Source: Hydrurus foetidus
Lineage: Eukaryota
Assembly (NCBI GenBank): GCA_900617105.1
Contig: UYFQ01000645.1
Coordinates: forward strand, 48,198-68,197
Direction of reading: 5' to 3'
Length of the DNA: 20,000 bases
The notes beneath the pieces were generated by a model that made no database searches, had not been told where the DNA came from, and saw only the letters and a list, made by a program, of their open reading frames with translations. Positions 1 to 8,920 of the stretch are shown here, in pieces. Position 1 is the stretch's first letter. Every line of letters starts with the position of its first letter. Both the position numbers and the translations under genes were made by a program.

Positions 1-2
1 TG

Positions 3-2306
3 CCTTTTGGCCCTTGTCGAGCCCCCTCTTACTTTCAAGAGCAGATGGTGACAACGGTCCTTTACGGTCTTATATACAGCTGTTGCGAGATGTATCTCGA
101 TGACTGTATCGTATATGGCCGGGGCGAAGCAGAGTTTCTCAAGAATCTGCGCAGCGTTTTTGAAAGATTTCGACTTAAAAATCTTAAGCTCAAAGCAAAG
201 AAATGCAGATTCGGTCTCAAACGTATCGAATACGTGGGACGAGTCATAGACAAAGATGGTTTATCCATGTCTAAAGAAAAGATTGAGACAGTACTCAACT
301 TCCCTCTTCCTAAAGAAGTAACATCCCTTCGTGGATTTCTTGGCTTAGCCAACTATTTTCGTCAATTTGTACCGTTTCATTCGGACATGGTCAAACCACT
401 TCAAATGATGGTGGACCCAAAGGCACTTAAACGTTCCCCCATATATTGGACCCCCGAGGGGACTTTGGCATTTAATGAGACTAAAATCGCGGTATCGCGT
501 TGTCCTTTAATGTACTTCATCAATGATGATTCACCCATCAGATTATATACTGATGCATCCGACTATGGCATCGGTGGTGTACTCTTCCAAATTGTCGACA
601 CCGTGTGGAGACCAATTGCCTTCATCAGCAAATCTCTCTCGGCAACACAAATTAATTGGTCGACAATACAGAAAGAAGCTTATGCTATCTTTTTCTGTTG
701 CCAACAACTCGATTATCTCATTCGAGACCGTAAGTTCACTATTCATACTGACCATATGAATTTGACTTATATGAAACAAAACCCTACCTCAATGGTAACA
801 CGGTGGTTCATTGCAATGCAAGAACTTGATTTCACCGTACACTTTGTCAAAGGGACAGATAATGAACTTGCCGATGCTCTGTCACGGTTATGTCCAAACC
901 TTACCGAAATTGCTCTGCCTAAGACAATCAGGTCCGAGGGTGATACTTCATCATCATCTTCTTCATCGTCATCTTCTGCAGTTTCGGCTTTAACGGTTAT
1001 TGAACCGCCGACAGATGAACAGAATGTTTACATTCAAATGTGCCACAATGCAATTGTTGGTCACAACGGCGTCGACCGTACCCTCACTCGACTCTTTAGT
1101 CTTAACCACGTGTGGAAAAATATGAAACAGCACGTACGCTCGTTCATACGAAACTGCCCATGCTGTCAGAAATTGAGCGCAGTTGATACAAAAATCAGCG
1201 CTGCTCATTTTTCAACTTCAACGCATGCTATTTTCGATACATTAAATATCGATTATATTGGCCCATTCCCTGATAAAGGGTATATCCTTGTCATAATCGA
1301 CACCTTCTCCAGATGGACAGAAATGTTCTGGTGTAAGGATGCTACGGCTCAGTCTGCATGTGAATGCTTACTGACTCATTTTGGTCGATTCGGATCGCCA
1401 AATATGATTAGATCCGATCGAGGATCCCACTTCGCTAATGATCTCATTAAAGAGTTCTTAGACCTTACGGGGACACCCCATAATCTCACTTTGGCTTATT
1501 CCTCACAAGAGAATGCCATTGTAGAAAGGGTCAACAAAGAAGTGAATAGACACTTACGCGGTCTCGTGTTTGATACACCATCTCTTGAACACTATGCTAA
1601 ATGCATACCATTCGTTCAACGTATCATTAACAGTTCAGTTAATCGACGAACAAATGCAAGTCCTGCTTCGATTTTATTCGGCAATAAACTTGATTTGAAT
1701 CGGGGTATTTTAACACCTCATCTATTACCAACGTTGACATCTTCGAATTCAACATACATCACAGATCTCATCGATATACAGGACAAGGTCCTCGATGCAG
1801 CAATCGGTTCTCTTCAGAAATGTGATGACAAACACAAAAAGTCCACACAAGGTGTGACAGTGTTCCCCATAGGGTCATATGTTCTTGTAAAACAGGAACA
1901 CCCTCCTACTCGATTACACACAAAGTGGAAAGGTCCTTTCCGTGTTGTCTCCTTTGAGGGATCCGAGTATGTTCTCGCGAACTTAATTACACACAAGCAC
2001 AATAGTGTACATGTGAAGAATCTTAAGATTTTCAATTATGACCCATCGCTGGGCATACCTGCTGATACAGCACGTCGCGATTACATGGAGTATTTCGTTG
2101 AGAAAGTTCTTAGTCACACTGGTGATTCAAAGAAACCGACATCCATGTCGTTCCATGTTAAATGGCTCAACTATGATAACTCACATAATACATGGGAGCC
2201 TTGGAAGAATCTCCGGCTCTGTGATGCACTCCATGTATACTTGCGGAATAATAACATGTCACGTTTTATTCCCAAGAATCTTGAGGGATCAACCGATGAG
2301 GTTTGA
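3..2306 (+). CDS. pol: Gypsy Pol polyprotein (RT, RNase H, integrase, chromodomain), 5'-truncated by window edge
   Basis: Frame open from nt 3 (PFGPCRAPSYFQ). RT YLDD; RNase H TDASDYGIGGVL, IQKEAYAI, TDH, NELADALSR; integrase zinc finger H-x6-H...CPCC; DDE core (NIDYIGP, RSDRGSHF, ENAIVERVN); WKGPF (GPY/F) motif; chromodomain YFVEKVLSH...VKWLNY...NTWEP. Confidence 0.97.
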   Translation, partial: PFGPCRAPSYFQEQMVTTVLYGLIYSCCEMYLDDCIVYGRGEAEFLKNLRSVFERFRLKNLKLKAKKCRFGLKRIEYVGRVIDKDGLSMSKEKIETVLNFPLPKEVTSLRGFLGLANYFRQFVPFHSDMVKPLQMMVDPKALKRSPIYWTPEGTLAFNETKIAVSRCPLMYFINDDSPIRLYTDASDYGIGGVLFQIVDTVWRPIAFISKSLSATQINWSTIQKEAYAIFFCCQQLDYLIRDRKFTIHTDHMNLTYMKQNPTSMVTRWFIAMQELDFTVHFVKGTDNELADALSRLCPNLTEIALPKTIRSEGDTSSSSSSSSSSAVSALTVIEPPTDEQNVYIQMCHNAIVGHNGVDRTLTRLFSLNHVWKNMKQHVRSFIRNCPCCQKLSAVDTKISAAHFSTSTHAIFDTLNIDYIGPFPDKGYILVIIDTFSRWTEMFWCKDATAQSACECLLTHFGRFGSPNMIRSDRGSHFANDLIKEFLDLTGTPHNLTLAYSSQENAIVERVNKEVNRHLRGLVFDTPSLEHYAKCIPFVQRIINSSVNRRTNASPASILFGNKLDLNRGILTPHLLPTLTSSNSTYITDLIDIQDKVLDAAIGSLQKCDDKHKKSTQGVTVFPIGSYVLVKQEHPPTRLHTKWKGPFRVVSFEGSEYVLANLITHKHNSVHVKNLKIFNYDPSLGIPADTARRDYMEYFVEKVLSHTGDSKKPTSMSFHVKWLNYDNSHNTWEPWKNLRLCDALHVYLRNNNMSRFIPKNLEGSTDEV

Positions 2307-2565
2307 GTTCGAACGTATTATCTTTTGAAGATTTTTTTAGCCTAATTTTTTGCCCTTTTCTAAGGGATTTTTATGGTTTTTTAGTCAGTAAAAATCTAAC
2401 ATAATTACGTTTTCGACCCTCGTACAACAGTACTCTACTGTTTTTGTACAACCCCACCTTATCTTTCGACATCGAACCCCTCTTCTCTGCACCTTTTCTT
2501 TTGTAAAACTTTTTATGTTCACTTTTATTATTATTTTTTCAAATTTTCGATTTTGCAAATTTGTC

Positions 2566-2609
2566 AATATTTTTATTTTTGTTTTTATTTTTATTTTTAT
2601 TTTTATTTT
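2566..2609. repeat. (TTTTTA)n-like low-complexity tract in Gypsy A 3' UTR
   Basis: aatatttttatttttgtttttatttttatttttatttttatttt within a T-rich region 2330-2670. Confidence 0.8.
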
Positions 2610-2672
2610 GCATGTTAAGTTTTGCAAAGAAACAGGGGTTTCGATTTAGTTCAGATTTAGCTTAGATTTTTT

Positions 2673-2696
2673 AGAAAGAAAGAAAGATAAGTGGGG
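2673..2696 (+). other. Polypurine tract of Gypsy A
   Basis: agaaagaaagaaagataagtgggg, followed by a 3-nt spacer (taa) and TGTGG. Confidence 0.85.
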
Positions 2697-2699
2697 TAA

Positions 2700-2980
2700 T
2701 GTGGTAGTACCGGGTCCAGGGTCCCGATCCTACCGGGTACCGACTCTACCGGATCCTACCGGGTACTACTACTGTACACTACAGTTAGGCTGTAGTATCG
2801 TCGTAGCCATCTGCAGCGTCCACTTAGAAGTTAAGTAGCTTCTAGCCTAGCGACTCTGTAACTAAGCCTACCACTCCTCGACCCCTTTCTCCATCTCTCC
2901 CGACCACACCCTAACCGCTTTGCAATACCATCCAAACTGTATTAATAGTATCAAATAGTGCTATGAGCATCTTAACCTCA
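2700..2980 (+). repeat. Putative 3' LTR of Gypsy A (about 281 bp)
   Basis: Starts TGTGGT right after the PPT. The proposed end ACCTCA is an imperfect inverted match to the start. The partner LTR is not in the window, so the right end is inferred. Confidence 0.6.
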
Positions 2981-3079
2981 TGTAATTCGATTTTGACATT
3001 TTTATTATGAAATTTTCGGAGTGCCTCTTTCACTGCAGGATGAGCTAGTATCTCGGTTACACCTAAATCAAGCACTGGT

Positions 3080-3660
3080 TGCACGATCGTGCGACCGGGT
3101 CCACACTCAAAGTGGAATATTAGATACAGTGGTGTACACCCAAAATATTACTTCTTGATGGGGTCATTACAGAGCCAATTTTCACAACAGCGATTGCTTG
3201 CATAGGAGAATCCATTTCCGGCAACCGTTGGCAATCAAGCTGCTTTAACGGAGAGGCTTTGAAGCGCCAAGGCGTGGTACAAGAGGGTAAAAAGTTAACT
3301 TTTTCCCAGCGCAATTCAAGTGCGCCAGCTATCATGGAATGATTCTGCTGCCAAACTAGAGAAGAAACAAGCTTTTAATAACTCGCAATTGCTCTGCTTG
3401 CAAATTTATGACCATATATGTCATAAAAATATGCATGCACTCTATGGATATCCACGTAGCAATTTTTGGAAGCAATTTTATAAAAAATTAAATACGCCAT
3501 TAAACTCACCGTGGTCGAATTAGCCTAGTCGAGCTGACTGCTTGCTGACTCAAGCAATCGCTGTTGTGGAAATTGGCTCTGAAATGACCCCATCAAGAAG
3601 TAATATTTTGGGTGTACACCACTGTTTCAAATATTCCAAAGTTGGCCGCACGATCGTGCA
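3080..3660. repeat. Long inverted repeat, arms 3080-3200 and 3551-3660
   Basis: acagtggtgtacacccaaaatattacttcttgatggggtcatt...cacaacagcgattgcttg recurs as its reverse complement with few mismatches and one indel. Spacer about 350 bp. Confidence 0.92.
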
Positions 3661-4915
3661 TGGCCATTTTCATCATCGCCAGAGATCTTGCGATGCACAG
3701 CTTCGAAATTGCTCACGCTTCTCGACGCTGACTCTTTCATTGCTTCATTGATGTACACTGTTGGTGACTCATCAACAGCGCATATGCGGCTCGATGCGCA
3801 CTCGAATACTTGTTTCCCATACCTATCCATCTGCTTGTAAACAATATCTGCACCTTTCTTTTCCCGTTTGTTTGAAGATGCTCCTTCGTCCACATCACGC
3901 ATTTGATCCAGCCATTAAATACCACAGATTTGGCTAATTGAAACGTATTGAGATATTGTTTTGATCGTTCTACTCAACAATATATTTGCTGTCTTAAGAA
4001 TCTCTGTAACTAAGCAGTCACGTGATGTGTGATCACATAATATCGCAGTGTTAAAGATTATTTCTGCTCCGCTGCTATTATCGGGTAAGTCCATAAAGGC
4101 CTTGATGCATTCGTTCCCTTTAGAGGTGATCATGAATACAGTACATCCAAATTGATCTATAGTGTCCTTAAAAAGACTCAGGCCTTGATGTAGAGTGCAT
4201 CGCTTCAATCGGAAATTATGGTTTTCGTATCGTTCAAAACGTTTCAGCTCGTCGCAGAGATCATCGATCGACCACTGATAATTTGTGGTAGGATTCGGAC
4301 GACAAACAAGTGCGATTGCGACCGAGTAAGCGCACAACTCAATGGAAATAGAGGTCATCTGCAAAATTCTAGTGTGACAGTTTCAAAATTGAATTCAGAA
4401 ATGATACAATCATGCAGGCGGCTAGTAGGTTTTGAATAATCTTTACATACGTACCTAAAGAAGTCTATAATGATCTCTGAAGACTGTTAGTTCTCAAAGA
4501 CTGCTCATCATCGATTAATGCACATGGTCGGCTCAGAAATTGGTAGGTGGAATGTTTGCAGCGAAATCTAAATCATTTTTCACCTTCTCAATTTTCCCTT
4601 GCTGGTCAGCAGAGAAGATAAGCGGACGATTCGGAGACATCAGAGGTCGTGCAAATGCATAAGCGGATGACTGATATCTAGTCAACTGAATGGCTGGTGA
4701 TCCATATTTGTACAGTAACTCAATGATTGAACAGAAAGAGGTCCTATGTCCAGAGTTCACACTCAACCCCCCGGAAACAGAGGGTGGGCGACAGTATTCA
4801 ACTTTAAAAAAAAAGAAGTTCTCTCTGCGAAATCTATCGGATGCTCCCTGCGACTGCGCTGCATGTGTTTGAGTCCAATAGCGTACGACATGGGGTGTAC
4901 GAACTGTGCAAACGT
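3530..4915 (-). pseudogene. Decayed spliced gene of unknown product
   Basis: ORFs 3915-4364 and 3627-3902 share one frame separated by a stop. A GT-AG intron at 4359-4454 (gtacgt...ttttgcag) joins an upstream frame in phase 0. Several in-frame stops; no motif recognised. Confidence 0.5.
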
Positions 4916-4917
4916 AC

Positions 4918-5020
4918 GTACTGTGTACCCATCCAGTACAGAGATGAACATGTACTGGGCACCTGTGCGTGATCTGACAGGGAATCTGCCCATGAGGTTG
5001 GAGATTAGAGTCTGTGACAC
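4918..5020 (-). pseudogene. pol: Copia integrase core N-terminal fragment
   Basis: LISNLMGRFPVRSRTGAQYMFISVLDGY matches the Copia D-x-x-G-R/P-F-P-V-x-S-x-x-G-x-x-Y pattern. The first catalytic Asp reads Asn here. Confidence 0.7.
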
Positions 5021-5177
5021 CAGTATGATTCGGGTGTATATACAATTAATGGTGTCTCCAGAAGCTAGCGGCGGACTTTCAGTGGCGATGTTGTTGGAGC
5101 ATTCGTCTGTGTAGAGTAGGCCGTCGACCTTGACGCTGCTGATCGAGATAAACTGATTGTGTTAAACTACAGTAGGC

Positions 5178-6410
5178 CTACACATGACAGTCAAGTGTAG
5201 AATCCGTCCCTACATGCCAAAGGCGATTGGTTGATCCACCGGCAATGTCCAAGTGTGAGGTGACAGTATTTTTGTCTGCGAAGAATGCTTGCGCAAGCAT
5301 GTGACGGCAATCTTTGGTGTGATGACTGTCGTATCCGTGGTGAAAGCAGCACGTCCGAGTTTTAGGTGGTGGACGAGGATGATCGCGACGTGTTTGTCGA
5401 GGTGCGGGACGAGCGGCTTGTACAGCGGACGTAATCAATGCTACAAGCGCAGGAGAAGACAGGAATGCTTCTAGAGGTATAGAGGCGTGGTCGATGAGGT
5501 AGGATCCGATAGCATGTTTGACATGCAATTGTGTTTTAACATTCTCACGAAAATGATGGCATTTGTCAAGTCCGTACAGAGGTTGTTTGGACTCTGAGAA
5601 TTGATCAAGCAGAAATTGATGAGCGCTGATGAAATCTTGAACTGAATCTTTAGAGTTCATTGTGACGAGGAGATGAGCGCGTAAGAGTTCGAAATCCATG
5701 AAGTATGGTGACATAATTCATGATGCTTAATGCGGGGGACATTGAGCGAGCCGAAGACGGGATCATGCAAAGCGACAAGGTCTGCGGGTGGAATACTGGT
5801 AATGAGAAGTTCCTTGAGCCGGCGTTGTCGGTAGTGAGCAAATTGTCTGCTATTTTGCGTTCCCAAACTTTAAGCTCTCGTCTCCAGACTTTTCGGTGCA
5901 CAGGTGCACCAAGAATTTGATGCACGCGTGCGCCGAAAATCGAAAAAAATTACCCTATAAAAAGCATCGTACTATAGTTGAAAAACGGTTTTCAAACTTC
6001 TTCGAAATTTAAGATTTATTTTCCCGTGTAAAATTTTCGGTGGATCTTAAAATTTTTCCGAAAATAGAACGAAAAGTTAGATGATTGACCCTATTGTTGG
6101 GTCCAAGTTCCCTCTATTGAATCATCTAACCAGCAAAAATAACACTATATTCGAATGTCAAAAAATGATGCACCTGTGCATCAAATGGTGCACAGGTGCA
6201 TCACTTGGGAGACGGGAGATCAATTGTTGGCGAACTCGCGTTGACAATGGGTTTGGGTGGATTGATAATTAGGGGACGAGACAGGACTGCCGGTGGTGGT
6301 CAACATCGTTATCTGAGATGAGATTACCAGGAAGTCGGATCCATTGAGCGTCACTGACAATGAAACAAAGTAGTTCATCTGTTGTAGTCGGGTAGAACAT
6401 CCAGCCTAGA
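5178..6410 (-). pseudogene. gag: Copia gag, frameshifted and interrupted by a MITE at 5874-6219
   Basis: C-x2-H-x4-H-x4-C knuckle (CFHHGYDSHHTKDC) then GGS. Removing the MITE rejoins ...NASSPTI|KVWERKIADNL in frame. Confidence 0.68.
5874..6219. mobile_element. 346-bp non-autonomous DNA transposon (MITE) at a TTAA site
   Basis: Ends gctctcgtctcc / ggagacgggaga are imperfect inverted repeats. Flanks are TTAA (5870-5873) and TCAA (6220-6223). Four subterminal palindromic motifs of type G(G/A)TGCAC-nn-GTGCA(C/T)C; AT-rich non-coding core. Confidence 0.82.
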
Positions 6411-6420
6411 TAGCCTGAAG

Positions 6421-6447
6421 TGCAACGTCACACTACCCCCACTTATC
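6421..6447 (-). other. Orphan Gypsy-like PPT plus LTR start
   Basis: Minus strand reads gataagtgggggtag-TGTGACG, nearly identical to the Gypsy A junction gataagtggggtaa-TGTGG. TGTGAC also starts the Gypsy B LTR. Confidence 0.5.
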
Positions 6448-6475
6448 CTCGCCTCAACGAGAGTGTCCTCTTGGA

Positions 6476-7066
6476 TCAAAGACAAGAACCACCAATGGGG
6501 AGTCGAACTCGCTCTCTAGCCGGGCGAGGTTCTAGCGTCGGTGTTCTACCACTTACCGTTGAAGTGGTAGATATGGCGTGGGAAAGCGGACCGCTGTTTT
6601 TGCACCGCAAACGTTTTGTTATTTTTCCCGCATGGTTGAATATTTTTTGAGTTCCCGTTTCCCCTGTCAGTGAATTATCTTCAAAAAAGATTCTCTGTAC
6701 TCCAGCCGTTAGAGCACTCTTCAGTAAACCAAGACCGAAGAATTCACAATTCATCCTACGATACAGGTAGTTTGCACAACTGCCATTAAGGCACGGAGGC
6801 ACTTTGTGACGTGTTCTCGCGGATAGAGTCTTTGGAACGGGGGTAAACTTTTGCTGACTGCTTGGGGCTGCAACGCCATTCCTATCTCATCTCTGACTTA
6901 TGCTCTAATACTTCACAATGATTCTCATGACCCGTGCACGAACTTCATATCAATCGCGGCCATTCGAAAATTTCCGAGGGATAACCGCGATCAGGAATAA
7001 GTTCAAGGACGTCGCAGATTGCCGAAAGTGTTTTTGTCATTCGGAGCTGACTTTCTACATCATTGA
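6476..7066 (-). pseudogene. Decayed unknown reading frame interrupted by the Harbinger insertion
   Basis: The frame of ORF 6476-6802 extends upstream with two stops (...NDVESQLRMTKTLSAICDVLELIPDRGYPSEIFEWPRLI*) and continues a few codons past 11079 once the element is removed. Confidence 0.35.
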
Positions 7067-7105
7067 GATCAATCCATACGGTTGGACGAAATACGAAATA
7101 CAAAA
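7067..7105 (+). repeat. Left TIR of Harbinger
   Basis: gatcaatccatacggttggacgaaatacgaaatacaaaa. Confidence 0.88.
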
Positions 7106-7278
7106 TAGAAAAACACCGTAATCCTCCGGGTCCTCGTTTGTTATGGTGACGGATCCGAAATACAAAATGAAAATTTTTGTTTTTCGTGATCCTCCGGGCA
7201 GTTGTATGACAGAATGGAATTATTCAAATTAAATTTAAGAAATCGTCAGTTTTAAGCACTAGCAACTAAGTTGCAGTT

Positions 7279-8884
7279 ATGGAGAAGTCACCAAAACTTC
7301 GGGACTGCATTGGTGAGGATGGGTATCCAGATTTTGAAAGTTATGTCGTCTTTAAGAAGAGGTGCGATGAGCTATTAGAAGAAAACGAGGCTGCCCAACC
7401 AGTTCCACCAAAGAAAATGCCATTTCGTAACAGAAATAACGGTGGATACAATCCTAATGACTGCTTTGAGTCAGATTGGTATCGCAGATACGTCAGATTC
7501 CCTGATCATCCACTGAATAAGAAGCATATGAATCTATTTAGAAGAAGATTTAGAATGCCTCACACTGCATTCTTAGATCTAGTGAGGGAGGCTAGAGAAG
7601 ATAAGTGGTTTCCTGATTATGAAAGACGTAACGCTCTTGGGGAGATGGGCATTTTACTGGAAATATTGATTTTGGGAGCACTACGTTACCTGGGAAGGGG
7701 CTGGACTTTCGATGACCTCTACGAGGCTACAAGCGTCTCTGAAGAAGTACATCGTCGATTCTTCAAAGTATTCGTTGTAGCCTGCCGCAAACATCTCTAT
7801 CCCAAGTGGGTGAAGAGGCCGGAAACTCCTGAGGAGATAGAAGACTGTATGTCTGAATATGCTGAGGCTGGTTTTGATGGGTGTATTGGGTCAGCGGATG
7901 TTACACATATCATATTGGAGAGGTGCCACTACAAGCTTAAGAATCAGAATTTAGGAGGGAAAAGTTCTCATACGACGCGTGCATTCCAAATCGTGGCCAA
8001 TCATCGACGCCAGATTATTGCGTCAACAGTTGGATATCCCGGAAGATGGAATGATATGACTATAGTGCGATTTGATGGGTTTGTGACTGACATGCAGAAT
8101 GGTACATACTTGAATGATCATCAATTTACACTGAAAGATAGCGAGGGAAAAGATGAAAATTATACTGGGGCCTGGATCCTTGTGGATGGGGGATATTTAA
8201 ATTGGCCCACACTTATATGTCCCTTCAAACATTCACAGTCGAAGAAAGAACAGCGTTGGTCCAAATGGGCCGAGTCTATGAGAAAAGATGTCGAATGCAC
8301 CTTTGGGATACTAAAAGGTAATAGATAATAATATATTTAAAATTTATTAATATATTTAATATATAATCACTATATTTATAGGGAGATGGAGAATTTTAAA
8401 ATCGGGAATCAGAGTTCATGGGATCGAAGCTGCTGATAACATTTGGTTTACTTGCTGTGCCCTACACAACATGTTACTGAATGTTGATGGATTAGATAAG
8501 AAGTGGGAAAATGGTGTACCAAGTACTTTTGAAGGTGAATTAGGGTGGCATGCCGTAGGTGATGTTGAAACTTATGCCCCACTTATATTTCGTAGAGTAA
8601 GAGATGAATGTGATATAAAAGAACTTGATACTTCACAATTTGCCCGAGGAGATGGATACTTCACAATTTGCCGATACTTCCATCTAAATGATTTATGTAA
8701 TACTCATTTAGACAACCGAGAGGAAGAAATAAAAAACTTACAAAATAGTGGAGAAGAAAATACTTATAAAATATTAAGAATGAAAAATAAAGATTTTAGA
8801 GAAAAATTAGTAACTAGTTTTCATAGGAGGTGGGCTGTTAAAGATATAGTATGGCCTTCAAGAACAGGCAAAATGAAAGAGTAA
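7279..8884 (+). CDS. PIF/Harbinger DDE transposase (Plant_tran / DDE_Tnp_4-like), exons 7279-8317 and 8382-8884, 513 aa
   Basis: FRRRFRM, GCIGSADVTHI, GRWND, LVDGGY, RKDVECTFGILK. Splicing the 64-bp AT-rich GT-AG intron 8318-8381 restores GILKGRWRILK...CCALHNML with no stop. Confidence 0.95.
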
Positions 8885-8920
8885 ATTAATAAAATATTAT
8901 TGAATTGTAAATAAAACATA

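Larger units (their letters stand above)
1..2980 (+). mobile_element. Ty3/Gypsy chromovirus-type LTR retrotransposon A, 3' half (pol, 3' UTR, PPT, 3' LTR); 5' part outside window
   Basis: Domain order RT-RNaseH-integrase-chromodomain, followed by a purine tract at 2673-2696 and a TG-start at 2700. Confidence 0.95.
4915..6410 (-). mobile_element. Decayed, internally deleted Ty1/Copia retrotransposon resembling diatom CoDi-type elements
   Basis: gag-like segments LLCFIVSDAQWIRLPGN, LKELLITSIPPADLVALHDPVFG and CFHHGYDSHHTKDC...AGGST, then integrase-like SNLMGRFPVRSRTGAQYMFISV on the same strand. No RT or LTR seen. Confidence 0.72.

Noticed and set aside
62..2328. Short overlapping and antisense ORFs within Gypsy A pol (and likewise 18579-19781 in Gypsy B)
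   Set aside because: Shadow frames of a long coding sequence with no motifs.
2385..2627. 80-aa KIKIKI ORF on the minus strand
   Set aside because: Artefact of the (TTTTTA)n tract in the Gypsy 3' UTR.
2700..3061. Alternative LTR A end at GGTTACA (3061)
   Set aside because: Weaker inverted match to the TGTGGT start than ACCTCA at 2980, and 2981-3038 looks like an intron 3' end. Not fully excluded.
6894..6912. LTR-end-like motif tattagagcataagtca on the minus strand
   Set aside because: It lies inside a continuous decayed reading frame, and no matching LTR start or PBS was found.
8471..8884. Separate 137-aa gene
   Set aside because: It is the second exon of the Harbinger transposase.
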